Shown here one piece after another: positions 49,513 to 58,814 of a stretch of 64,000 nt of DNA (position 1 is its first letter; each line of letters starts with the position of its first letter). The stretch is from positions 1,696,001 through 1,760,000 of the forward strand of contig OZ242326.1 of the NCBI GenBank assembly GCA_965208325.1, given 5' to 3'. The position numbers and the translations under genes are program-made. The notes under the pieces are model-generated. The model searched no databases. It was not told where the DNA came from and saw only the letters and a list, made by a program, of their open reading frames with translations. The stretch is from Candidatus Poribacteria bacterium (lineage in GTDB: Bacteria; Poribacteria; WGA-4E; PCPOR2b).

Positions 49513-49754
49513 GCAATGTTCTATAGATGGTAATGTTCAAGAGGATGTTTTACCTACGTTGCTGCATTCGCCGGAGAATCATCCCCCCTGCCAAGGAGGA
49601 ACTAGAGGGGGTCGGGTAGATTTCACTCCTGCCAAATCCGATAGCTCGTCGGAATTGAATTATCGAGGCCACTTGAGACATAGTCGCAGATTTCAATCAT
49701 GTTTTTGCCGAATACACCATTTTATTTGGACCATGCAAAATATCAAAGCAGGCG

Positions 49755-50492
49755 TCAATTTCTGGTGCTAGGCATGGAATCGAAGCCAAGCAGCCGTTTT
49801 AATCTCGGTGCGGCGCGATTCAGCACTGTATCGGATGCAAGTTTTGCGTGGTCCTGCTGCGGTTTCATGAACGCTCGACAGAAAAAACCGAGCAGTGCAA
49901 CCCGATCCCGATTCGTGCAATTCGCGGAGGATCCGTGCCAAGCAGAACCATTGACAATCAATACCGAACCTTTCGGGCCGGGTATTTGTACTTCATCGTC
50001 ATACTCGACGCCGGGCTCCGGCATCGCTTCAAGCCGGCGGTGGCTGCCGGGGACGCAACTGGTCGCGCCGTTCTCAAGCGTAAAATCGTCGAGAAACCAG
50101 ACACTGTTGGCAACGATGGGGAAACTCGGACGAGGTGTAGGCATAGCACTCAATGGGTAGTCGATATGGAGGCCGCCATCCGGAGCACCGGGACCGATAA
50201 CGTTGACCGAAAAAGAACTAAGTGTACAGTCTTCACCGAGCAGATACTCGATTGGCGCGAGAATGCGCGGATGCTGAATCGCATTTTCAAACAATTCTCC
50301 TTTGTTGACCAAGTTCCAGACCCGCTGGGCGCAGTCTTCAAAATACATAAAGCCGCACCCAGCTTCTCGCTCCTCCGAAGCAAGAGAAATTGACAGACTT
50401 CGTAATTGATCGGCCTCGTCCTTCGTGATGACATTCTTCAGAAGGACATAGCCGTGTTCATCAAGTTGCCATTTCTCTGAATCTGCCAGCAT
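49755..50492 (-). CDS. PhyH-family dioxygenase
   Basis: LHID, DDFTLENGAT, VPGSH, WHGSSAN...R. Confidence 0.92.
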   Translation of the reverse strand: MLADSEKWQLDEHGYVLLKNVITKDEADQLRSLSISLASEEREAGCGFMYFEDCAQRVWNLVNKGELFENAIQHPRILAPIEYLLGEDCTLSSFSVNVIGPGAPDGGLHIDYPLSAMPTPRPSFPIVANSVWFLDDFTLENGATSCVPGSHRRLEAMPEPGVEYDDEVQIPGPKGSVLIVNGSAWHGSSANCTNRDRVALLGFFCRAFMKPQQDHAKLASDTVLNRAAPRLKRLLGFDSMPSTRN

Positions 50493-50603
50493 TCAATCTC
50501 GCTCCAATAATTTGGATTTTTACCACTGCCTAGTTTCAAACGCCCTTTCAATTTGCATATTGATTTATTTGAGGCTCGACATTCTGTTTTGCTGGATTTT
50601 CTT

Positions 50604-51410
50604 TCAGGGACTGTTATCGGTATTGACCGGACCTTCATCATTGTTGACAAATCGATCCATCGTGTTTTGCGTAAATGGGGACGTTCGGAAGTCGGCGATC
50701 CACGGTTCACGAAAGTAAGCCTGTTTCTCCCGCGGCAGTCCCGCCAACACCTCTCGCGGGACGGTGAGGCGGTGCCAATTTGTGGCAAGGTGGGAATAAG
50801 CGTTGAACACAGCGATACGCGGCGTATCACGCTGCCAAGGGGGACCGGCGTGGCAAAGGCTCTCCGTGAAAATAACCGCGCTGCCCGCCGGACACTCGAA
50901 ACTCCTCAAAAACTCGCTGCGCTGGCCCGGCTCCAACGACATATGATCCGGATGCATCGGGAAGTTTGCCTTATGGCTGCCAACGATGAAATGCGTCGCT
51001 CCATCTTCTTTGCCGATTTCCGTCAGTTCGAAAACCACCCGCACCATCCCGGCGTGAATGCGCCCATCCTTGACACGATACCCAAAAATAGGATCGGCTT
51101 GTATCGGCCCTCCGCCGTGAAGCGGTCCGGGCGACTCGCCTTTATTGCGCCAGATACAGAAGCTGCTTTCAATCCGCACATCAGGTCCGATGACTTCGTG
51201 AATTACGTCGATGACTTTCGGATGGTCAATCAGCAGGCTGGAGGGGCCTCCCGGTACGGCTCGATGTGCGGGAGGCAGTGATTCAGGGTCATGTATGATA
51301 CGGTCAATTTGGTCAATGATTGCGTCAATTTCATCCGAAGCCAGAATTGCCGGGCGTATCAAAAACCCGGCAAGGTCAAACCGAAAACGTTCTTCATCGG
51401 TCATCGCCAT
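50604..51410 (-). CDS. PhyH-family dioxygenase (HGG variant)
   Basis: FRFDLAGF, LHGG, VGSHKANF, FTESLCH. Confidence 0.88.
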   Translation of the reverse strand: MAMTDEERFRFDLAGFLIRPAILASDEIDAIIDQIDRIIHDPESLPPAHRAVPGGPSSLLIDHPKVIDVIHEVIGPDVRIESSFCIWRNKGESPGPLHGGGPIQADPIFGYRVKDGRIHAGMVRVVFELTEIGKEDGATHFIVGSHKANFPMHPDHMSLEPGQRSEFLRSFECPAGSAVIFTESLCHAGPPWQRDTPRIAVFNAYSHLATNWHRLTVPREVLAGLPREKQAYFREPWIADFRTSPFTQNTMDRFVNNDEGPVNTDNSP

Positions 51411-51545
51411 GGTTCTATCCTCCAATTTATTGGGTTGTGAGACATGGCATTCGGACTAACTAGCGTCGTGCATCTTATTCTGCGCTAGGTTCGTTTTACA
51501 GGACAAGAATTCGGCAATTCGATGCGTTGGTTTCCCGCCAATTGT

Positions 51546-52490
51546 TCAAACAAGCTCTGATGCGCCGCCGTGCTTGTCGAGAATTTCAGCGATGCGTTCA
51601 CAACCGAAGTGCTTCGCCCACTGCATCGGCGTTGCCTTAAATTTGGGGTCTCGAATGGAAACATCGGCACCGTGCTCAAGTAGGAAATTTACTGCCCCCA
51701 ACCGTTGTTGTTCGACATCGCTAGGATTTGCGGTTGCTCCGAAATTGCCATTGGTTGCCAGCCGATGCAGGATAGTCCACTCACCTTCTCCTAAGTCTGG
51801 TACCATTGCGTTCACGTCCACGCCGTGTTGAATAAGGTGTTCCGCAACCTGCAGCCTATTATTTAAACATGCGTACAAGAGTGCTTGACTCAGGATATTT
51901 TCGGGTGACCGCTCACACCTATAGACAGTGCCATTGCTCCGTTTCCACTCATGTCCGTATGGATCAGCAAGTGCGCCTGCTCCCGGTTTCAGGCTGCCAT
52001 CCGCTTTGAAGTAACTCTTGACCCTGTCCAAATCGCCGATACCGGCGGCAAATCGTAAGTCAATATTTGCACCCCATTCCACGAGTAACTCCGAAACCGT
52101 TGTAGATCCGAAGAATAGCGTATATGCCATCGGTACACCGTCGTTGTCCGTGCCGTTGACCGATACACCGCTCTCAAGCAGTGCGCGCACAACGTGCGGC
52201 GCATTGTAGCTGACGGCGGCGGCGAGAGGATAACCATCAAAGAAGTCAACATCGGCACCGGCTTTCAACAGTGCTTTGGCCATGGCATATTCGTTTGTTC
52301 CCGCTGGAATTTTCCCCTCATATACTGCCGCTGAGACGTGTACAAGGAACATCGGCTCGTTCAACCAGCTCGCGTCTGTAATGGGTGGATCCTGACTGAG
52401 TACCTCCGTTACTCGTTCGATATCATTGTCTTCAATTGCCCTGATTACGTCAAGAGTTAAAGGATTTTGATTTTGGTCGTTTTCTACCAT
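51546..52490 (-). CDS. Ankyrin repeat protein
   Basis: LLKAGADVD, PLAAAV, LIQHGVDVN, TILH, TPMQWA. Confidence 0.88.
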   Translation of the reverse strand: MVENDQNQNPLTLDVIRAIEDNDIERVTEVLSQDPPITDASWLNEPMFLVHVSAAVYEGKIPAGTNEYAMAKALLKAGADVDFFDGYPLAAAVSYNAPHVVRALLESGVSVNGTDNDGVPMAYTLFFGSTTVSELLVEWGANIDLRFAAGIGDLDRVKSYFKADGSLKPGAGALADPYGHEWKRSNGTVYRCERSPENILSQALLYACLNNRLQVAEHLIQHGVDVNAMVPDLGEGEWTILHRLATNGNFGATANPSDVEQQRLGAVNFLLEHGADVSIRDPKFKATPMQWAKHFGCERIAEILDKHGGASELV

Positions 52491-52676
52491 GCACTCTCCG
52501 AGCAGGCTTAGAAGTCATGAAATAAAATCCCACCGGATTCCATAGCTACTCCGTTGCATTGAGAAATTCATCAATCCTAAATCGTGAGCATCGGTTGATA
52601 CAAAACAGCGGGATTACCAGTCGCTCGGTTGTCCGGCCAAAAAGCTTTAACCATTTGCAGCCTGACAAACGACACA

Positions 52677-53480
52677 CTAACGCGCAGTATCCCATGCCTC
52701 ATACCATTCCGTAACGGCATCAAGATCGGCGGCTTCGCGATACAATAGTCGCGACCGTACAGAGATTTGTTCCCCGGAACTCACATTTTCGCCAATTAGC
52801 GAGAATGCTTGCCCGATCGGGAACATGTTGACCGAAATCGCGGGGCATCTCATAAGTTCGATCATTTGAATCAGAACGAACTTGGTGCTTTCACTCCTAT
52901 AAACTATCACTGGCAGCGAATACTTCCGTCCGTCGTCGTTGGCACAGCGGCCGTAATTTTGAAGCCAATCCCACCGCCCATCCAGCATAAGCACGGATGC
53001 CTCGTCATCGCGCGTAAAAAAGAGTTGTTCATTCGGTTGAAAATGTGGTCGTATCCACTCCTGGCCGACATTAAGTAAGGGGGCGTACTGCTCATCGAAG
53101 TAGGAAGAGACGATGGCTTCAAAACCCCCGTAGCCGCGAGAAAACTTAAAATCGAAAGTCACATCAATACAGTCATCGGGTTGAAAATCGTAGGTCAACA
53201 CCGTATGGATGTTCCACGCGTCCATGTCGTCGAAGTCTACAGACAGCACACCTTCATCAACTTCATAGTACGATTCAACGATGGGGATAAAAAATCTCAA
53301 CCTATCGCTACTTGAAAGGTAGAGTTCAAGGTTGATAGCGCACATTCCAAAGCGAGTGATTGGCGTGCCGTTTACCTCAAGGAAAAGTCCGTTACCGGTG
53401 CCGCGCGGATGTATGACTCCGTTCAGCCTCTTCAATTGAAATCCGTAGCCGCCATTTTCGTTTAACTTCAAAACCGACAT
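52677..53480 (-). CDS. Hypothetical beta-rich protein
   Basis: Long ORF with AAGGAG RBS, co-oriented with its neighbours; no motif recognised. Confidence 0.7.
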   Translation of the reverse strand: MSVLKLNENGGYGFQLKRLNGVIHPRGTGNGLFLEVNGTPITRFGMCAINLELYLSSSDRLRFFIPIVESYYEVDEGVLSVDFDDMDAWNIHTVLTYDFQPDDCIDVTFDFKFSRGYGGFEAIVSSYFDEQYAPLLNVGQEWIRPHFQPNEQLFFTRDDEASVLMLDGRWDWLQNYGRCANDDGRKYSLPVIVYRSESTKFVLIQMIELMRCPAISVNMFPIGQAFSLIGENVSSGEQISVRSRLLYREAADLDAVTEWYEAWDTAR

Positions 53481-53555
53481 CAATCAACTCCTTCATATCC
53501 AGAATCACAAATGTGTTACTAGTATTGAATCATCAATGGCTTTTCTTTTGAGAAT

Positions 53556-54044
53556 TCACAACTCACGAATTTCTGCTTCCAGTGAATCAAGTTCCACAAT
53601 CGCTGCGGTACACCTGCCGGTTGTCCAACCGCCGGTCTCGCCGGGGTTAAGAAGTAGTGAACATTGTCTGCGAATATCCACCTCATGGGTATGCCCATAA
53701 ATGACGATGTCGTATCGGCCGCTTTTCGCGATGGGTTCGGCAAGTTCGGGGTAGTGGGTCGCCGCTATCGTGCGCCCTTCAATTTCAATGATGGCGAGAT
53801 TTGGGTGAATCTCACCGATGGCTTCAAATTGTCTGGCAATGCCAATACGCTCCCCGTCGTTATTACCGAAGACGCCGACGACACGGCATTTCAGGTTATG
53901 CAACGCTGCTACCGCAAATGGGGCAACAAAATCTCCGGCGTGAATCACTAACGCAACCGCTTCATCGTTGAATAACTCCACAGCATTATCAATCATGGGT
54001 ACATTGTCGTGGCTATCGGAAAGAACGCCGATTTTCATCGTCAT
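53556..54044 (-). CDS. Metallophosphoesterase (YfcE/MJ0936 family)
   Basis: SDSH, HAGD, GNND, GHTH, NPG. Confidence 0.93.
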   Translation of the reverse strand: MTMKIGVLSDSHDNVPMIDNAVELFNDEAVALVIHAGDFVAPFAVAALHNLKCRVVGVFGNNDGERIGIARQFEAIGEIHPNLAIIEIEGRTIAATHYPELAEPIAKSGRYDIVIYGHTHEVDIRRQCSLLLNPGETGGWTTGRCTAAIVELDSLEAEIREL

Positions 54045-54131
54045 CTCCTGAATTTTGCGCGGATAATGGCTCAGACATCAATTAATCGGGTTTCCGCGTT
54101 TTATTGCAAATCGGTTGTGCGGCCATCGCCG

Positions 54132-54920
54132 TTATGTCCAAGCCCCTTTCGCCATCAGACCGCCGTCCACGCATACGTACTCCCCCGTCATGAAAGAAGC
54201 CTTGCCGCTGGCGAGGAACAGCACTGCATGGGCGATATCCTCGGGTTGTCCAATGCGCCCAATCGGGTGCGCTGTTGCAAGTTTCGCTCTCAATTCCGCC
54301 TCGCCGCCCTCAATGATTTCCAGCGATTCCGCAACCAACGGCGTGTCGATTGTTCCGGGGTTGACCGCCAGTACCCTAATGTTGTCTTCGGCATACTCTA
54401 GGGCTAACTGGCGGGTCAGAGACAGGATGCCGCCCTTGCTAGCCGCATAAGCCGGTACTCCCTTCATGGATTGTAGTCCTTGTACGCTGGCGGTGTTGAC
54501 GATTACTCCGCCGCCGTGTTTTTTCATCTCCGGGATACACGCCTTCGTCATCAAGAAAAAGCTTTTGAGGTTCACATCGATTATTCGGTCCCACAACGCC
54601 TCGGGGAGTTCATGGGCTGGTAAATAGCTGCTCGCCGGCTGGATACCAACGTTGTTGCAAAGAATGTCTACGCCGTCCCATGCCGACACCGTTGCCTCGA
54701 CCAGCGCCTCACATTCGCAGCCTTGCGATACGTCAGTTTGGCGGAAGCGGATGGTGCCAGCTAGCGCCTTGCATGCGGCGGAAAGTTCGGCGCCGGCACT
54801 TTCGTCCACGTCTGCGCACATCACTTGGGCGCCTGCCTCGGCAAAAGCCATGCAAATACCTCGTCCAATACCCTTGGCGCCGCCTGTTACAATTACCGCT
54901 TTATCCTTGAAATCTGACAT
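54132..54920 (-). CDS. SDR family oxidoreductase
   Basis: TGGAKGIG, NNVG, YAASK, DGG. Confidence 0.95.
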   Translation of the reverse strand: MSDFKDKAVIVTGGAKGIGRGICMAFAEAGAQVMCADVDESAGAELSAACKALAGTIRFRQTDVSQGCECEALVEATVSAWDGVDILCNNVGIQPASSYLPAHELPEALWDRIIDVNLKSFFLMTKACIPEMKKHGGGVIVNTASVQGLQSMKGVPAYAASKGGILSLTRQLALEYAEDNIRVLAVNPGTIDTPLVAESLEIIEGGEAELRAKLATAHPIGRIGQPEDIAHAVLFLASGKASFMTGEYVCVDGGLMAKGAWT

Positions 54921-55003
54921 AATCTACATTCCTTCTGCAGGTAAAGAGGCAAATGCTCATGCTAAATTTTGGAATCAGCCCGTAGCCACCACCCAAAAGA
55001 GAA

Positions 55004-56176
55004 TTATGGCGAAAACTCAGCAACGACAACTGTAACATCATCGTCAAACGCTTGTCCTCCGCGATAATCCTTAAGTTCCTCATACATGCGGGCAATCATT
55101 TCGCTAGGCGCCTGGGCGGCGTATTTGTACAGGAAACTCTCCAATGCATCGCCGCCAAATATCTGTTCATGCCGGTTTTGGGTTTCGATGACGCCATCAG
55201 AATACAGAAACAGTCGGTCACCGTGCTCCCATTTCACCGTCATCTCCGCCGGGCGTTGACGAAGAAGGGTTCCCAAAGGAAGCGAGTCAATCTCCAGTGT
55301 TGTCCATCTACGCTCGTCGCGCCGGTACAAATAGGGGTACGGGTGACCGGCGTTGGTCAATGTAAAGGTACCGTCGGCGGGGTTGAGTATCATGTAGGAA
55401 AACGTCATCAGAAGGCGGGTGTGGCGGTAGTTTCGCACGACTTTGTTTAAAGCAACGTGAACCGACTCGGGCGACGCGTCCCGCTCCGCCTGAAAGTGCA
55501 AGGCGCTGCTGACAATTGCAACTAACAGGCTGGAATGAAACCCGTGTCCGGCAACGTCACCAATTGCGACGCTGACGCACCCATCGGGCAATGGGAAATA
55601 GTCATAATAATCGCCGCCAACTACCGCAGCCGGTTGGCTTCTTCCGGTGAGGTGAACCCAATCCAGCGTCAGGTTGCCGCTGGGCAGCATCGCGGCCTGA
55701 ATCTCATGTGCGCGCTGGAGGTTATATTGGAGTTGTTCTTGTTCGTGGAGGATGGCGGCGCGCTGTTGCGTATCGCTCCGAATCTTCTGAACTAGCAGCC
55801 GGAGTAACGCACTCACAATCTGCGGTGAGGTCGTCAAGGCACGATGGAAATCCTCGCGGTAGAGTTTTAGGAGTACAGCATCAGTTATTGCCTCAACCGT
55901 GGCGCTGCGTGGAGAATCATCTAACAACGCTAATTCGCCCACATATTCCCCGGGCTCTCTCGTCCCGATTAGTACGCTGCCCGAATGAATCCCAAGCCTA
56001 CCTTCTAAAATTAAGAAAAGGCCATCACCAGGTTCCCCCGCGTTAAAAAGAGCCGTTCCCGCAGACAGCCGCACCTCTTCCATCTTATCCCAGATGGAGG
56101 AGAGTATTTCGCTCGGCGCATGGGCGAACAACTCCATCGCCTTTAGGGTGTCCAAAGACTCCTTCGATTGCAACAC
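55004..56176 (-). CDS. Cyclic-nucleotide-binding domain fused to a SpoIIE/RsbU PP2C phosphatase
   Basis: GELALLDDSPRSATV; VGGDYYD, GDVAGHG, NAGHP, YSDGVIE, DDVT. Confidence 0.93.
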   Translation of the reverse strand: MLQSKESLDTLKAMELFAHAPSEILSSIWDKMEEVRLSAGTALFNAGEPGDGLFLILEGRLGIHSGSVLIGTREPGEYVGELALLDDSPRSATVEAITDAVLLKLYREDFHRALTTSPQIVSALLRLLVQKIRSDTQQRAAILHEQEQLQYNLQRAHEIQAAMLPSGNLTLDWVHLTGRSQPAAVVGGDYYDYFPLPDGCVSVAIGDVAGHGFHSSLLVAIVSSALHFQAERDASPESVHVALNKVVRNYRHTRLLMTFSYMILNPADGTFTLTNAGHPYPYLYRRDERRWTTLEIDSLPLGTLLRQRPAEMTVKWEHGDRLFLYSDGVIETQNRHEQIFGGDALESFLYKYAAQAPSEMIARMYEELKDYRGGQAFDDDVTVVVAEFSP

Positions 56177-56206
56177 GGTGTTCTCCCCGCTGTTCTTGTG
56201 AACAAA

Positions 56207-56235
56207 ATTTTATCAACTAGCCGAACACGTGTCAA
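56207..56235 (-). promoter_or_regulatory. Sigma70 promoter of the cNMP-PP2C gene
   Basis: Minus-strand TTGACA-N17-TAAAAT. Confidence 0.6.
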
Positions 56236-56430
56236 TAAGAAACAACCCTTGGCTAGCACACAAATTTTCGCGATTCATATTGGAAGTTAGACATTTTTTC
56301 ATAGTGGGTTGTATGCGGGATAACACCGAAATGATGGGAAATCGAGCCGTGGAGAAAACCTCGAATTAGCGGGTGGTAAGCAATAGTTTTGGATAAGCGA
56401 ACTCTATGCGTTTTGTCCGGCTGTGGCAAG

Positions 56431-56802
56431 TTAACGTCCGTGAATCCGCTGGCGGTAGAGCAAATCCATCAACTTCTTGACATCGTCGTTATCCGGTTCT
56501 AAACGCATCACCTTCTCGCCTTCAGCGATTGCTGCATCAAGGTTGCCTACGTTGTAATATGCCCAGCCGAGGGCGGCGTGGATAACGGCGGAATGCGGAT
56601 TTAAGCGCAGCGCATGTCTGTATTGTTCGATTGCCTTGTGAAATTGATTCTCCTTAATATAAATGTTGCCCTGTTCAAAGTATAGGTTGCCATATCCCGT
56701 TGTCATCGGTTCGCCCGCTTGTTGCGAGCGGTATGCGTTACCGCATCCAGCCAGCATAACAGCGCAAACCATAAACGCAGTGGTATACCGCATTTCTTTC
56801 AT
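56431..56802 (-). CDS. TPR lipoprotein
   Basis: Lipobox LAGC and two TPRs. Confidence 0.8.
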   Translation of the reverse strand: MKEMRYTTAFMVCAVMLAGCGNAYRSQQAGEPMTTGYGNLYFEQGNIYIKENQFHKAIEQYRHALRLNPHSAVIHAALGWAYYNVGNLDAAIAEGEKVMRLEPDNDDVKKLMDLLYRQRIHGR

Positions 56803-57154
56803 ATGGATCCCCGCGCCAATACACAGTATATTCACAAACCTTTCCGCAGAGAACCTAGCACTCACAAGGAATCTACGTTCGTTCGTTTAATGCTGACCGG
56901 AAGTCTACAGTAGTCGCGAACCTACCACACCCGGTGTTATGCATCCCTACGGCTGTCAATGCTAGCACCCGCGTGTCAGCATGACTAGGCGCGTGAAACA
57001 CCCAAGCAAGAGTATACACAAGGAACTCAGCGTTTAATGGACGCACTAACAGTAAAGCGTTGAAAGAGAAATGAAAGCGCCTTCAAGCTAATCTCAGTGT
57101 AGGAAGTGCTTTACACGTAACGATTGCGATCTAAAACGACGCAATGCGAAAAGA

Positions 57155-57772
57155 TTAGTATACGTCCGACCCCTTAAGCGGCAGCGGTACGGCCCAAACA
57201 TCACGATACCGCACCTCATCACCATGATACTGCAGCAATAGCGGACCGGGCTCTAAAATATCTTCGTCCACCGCACCTGCCGAGGTGCTCGGAATATGGA
57301 CGTTGTTCTGAATTACCAACCCGTTTTGCAACACAGTTACTCGAGCCGCCTCTACCTGATTGCCCGAATCATCGACTCGCGGCGCCCGGAAAATTACATC
57401 GTACGTTTGCCACTGAAGCGGCGGTTTGCATGCATTCACTAATGAAGCGTGTTCGTTATAAACTGCACCGCAGTCGCCCATGCCGGGTACTTCAATGCCG
57501 TAAGAATCCAACACCTGAATTTCGTATCGGCCTTGCAGGAATACCCCGCTGTTGCCCTTCGCTTGACCAGTTGCCTCCGGCATATCGGGAGTCATAAACT
57601 GCAGGTGCAGCATGAAGTCTGTAAATTTTTCCTCGGTTAGAATATCGGCGTCACAGGTGGTCATCGCACCGTCTGCGATCGCCCAAGTCGCTGGCGAACC
57701 ATTGCGTTGCGTCCAATTGTCAACGTCTTGGCCGTTAAAAAGAACAACTGCTGAATCTGGTGCTTGTAGCAT
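57155..57772 (-). CDS. DUF1080 (3-keto-disaccharide hydrolase-like) protein
   Basis: LFNG, GNSGVF, YEIQVLDS, WQTYD, LQYHG. Confidence 0.92.
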   Translation of the reverse strand: MLQAPDSAVVLFNGQDVDNWTQRNGSPATWAIADGAMTTCDADILTEEKFTDFMLHLQFMTPDMPEATGQAKGNSGVFLQGRYEIQVLDSYGIEVPGMGDCGAVYNEHASLVNACKPPLQWQTYDVIFRAPRVDDSGNQVEAARVTVLQNGLVIQNNVHIPSTSAGAVDEDILEPGPLLLQYHGDEVRYRDVWAVPLPLKGSDVY

Positions 57773-57915
57773 TGTCGCGTTCCTTTCTTGATTAGAGGTT
57801 TATCAGTTTTGAACCACGTATTCCCAACGCTGGCCCGCAAGCGGCGCGGGCATGTAACGCGTTTCCTCAAAAATCGGATGACCCGACCCAATGCCTATTC
57901 CTCGCTGCATTGAAA

Positions 57916-58623
57916 TCATGGGGAATCCACGGATTTCGTTTGTTGCAACACTTGGTGGTTAAGAATCCGCTGCCGGTCTACAGATCGTAGGAAGGGTTCT
58001 GCTTTGTGCACGAAGTCCTTCAGGGTCTGTTCTACGGTTAAGTTCGTTGTATCTATCGTAATTTTTGCATCGAATAGCGAATTCGTGAAATGTTCTTCGA
58101 AATGATCCAGTACAATCTCTATATCACTCTCTTTTATCGGGCAGTTCGGGAGTGGATTCCGGTGCATACGCTCACGGATGACGTCTGGTGACGCCTTCAC
58201 CAGCGTCAAGAGCATTTCCGGTACCAACGCCTTTACCTCATGCTCAACAAACTGAGCAAGCCACTGGTGACCTGGTTCCCACGATGATTTAAAGTCGCCG
58301 TAATATAGCGGGCCATACACAGCGTCGGCATAATACCAGTTAACCAGAAAGAAATCGTCGCCTCGAAGAAGGTGCGGCTGTAGGTGGTAAAGGAATTGGA
58401 AACGCTGAAATTTCTCGACCAGCGAGGGAACCGTTTTGAGGAGTTCAATGATAGCCTCATTCTCCGCTTGGCTATCGGGCCCTTGGCCGACGTTTGGCAA
58501 CACGAAGTGGTCGTGCCAATACGGATATGCGATAGGCCCCATCATTTCCTCATGCCATCTTGTGATGCCTTGGGCAAGCGTCGTCTTGCCTGTATATTCG
58601 CACCCGATGATGAGAATTTGCAT
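57916..58623 (-). CDS. P-loop NMP-kinase-like protein
   Basis: IIGCEYTGKTT Walker A; VKASPDVIRERM and IDTT follow thymidylate-kinase-like topology. Confidence 0.7.
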   Translation of the reverse strand: MQILIIGCEYTGKTTLAQGITRWHEEMMGPIAYPYWHDHFVLPNVGQGPDSQAENEAIIELLKTVPSLVEKFQRFQFLYHLQPHLLRGDDFFLVNWYYADAVYGPLYYGDFKSSWEPGHQWLAQFVEHEVKALVPEMLLTLVKASPDVIRERMHRNPLPNCPIKESDIEIVLDHFEEHFTNSLFDAKITIDTTNLTVEQTLKDFVHKAEPFLRSVDRQRILNHQVLQQTKSVDSP

Positions 58624-58814
58624 TTGCAATCTCCTTATTCTGATTTAGGGTTTCTATACCTCGCCACAAGATAATTTGGCTCTTCAGGGTTTAGTGAGAA
58701 AATGGAATTAATTTAGAACTTGACACGTTAGGAGCGATCTCCGAATCGCGGCACATTCGCTCAAAACCCGCTCCAATTCAAGACCTGACTCCATTCTGAC
58801 TTCGTCAAATCATA

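Noticed and set aside
50553..51281. 242-aa plus-strand ORF
   Set aside because: It is antisense to a clear PhyH gene.
56860..57150. Possible structured RNA in a 290-bp intergenic region
   Set aside because: Only a short cacaaggaa repeat and weak stems were seen; no tRNA, tmRNA, RNase P, SRP or riboswitch signature was recognised.
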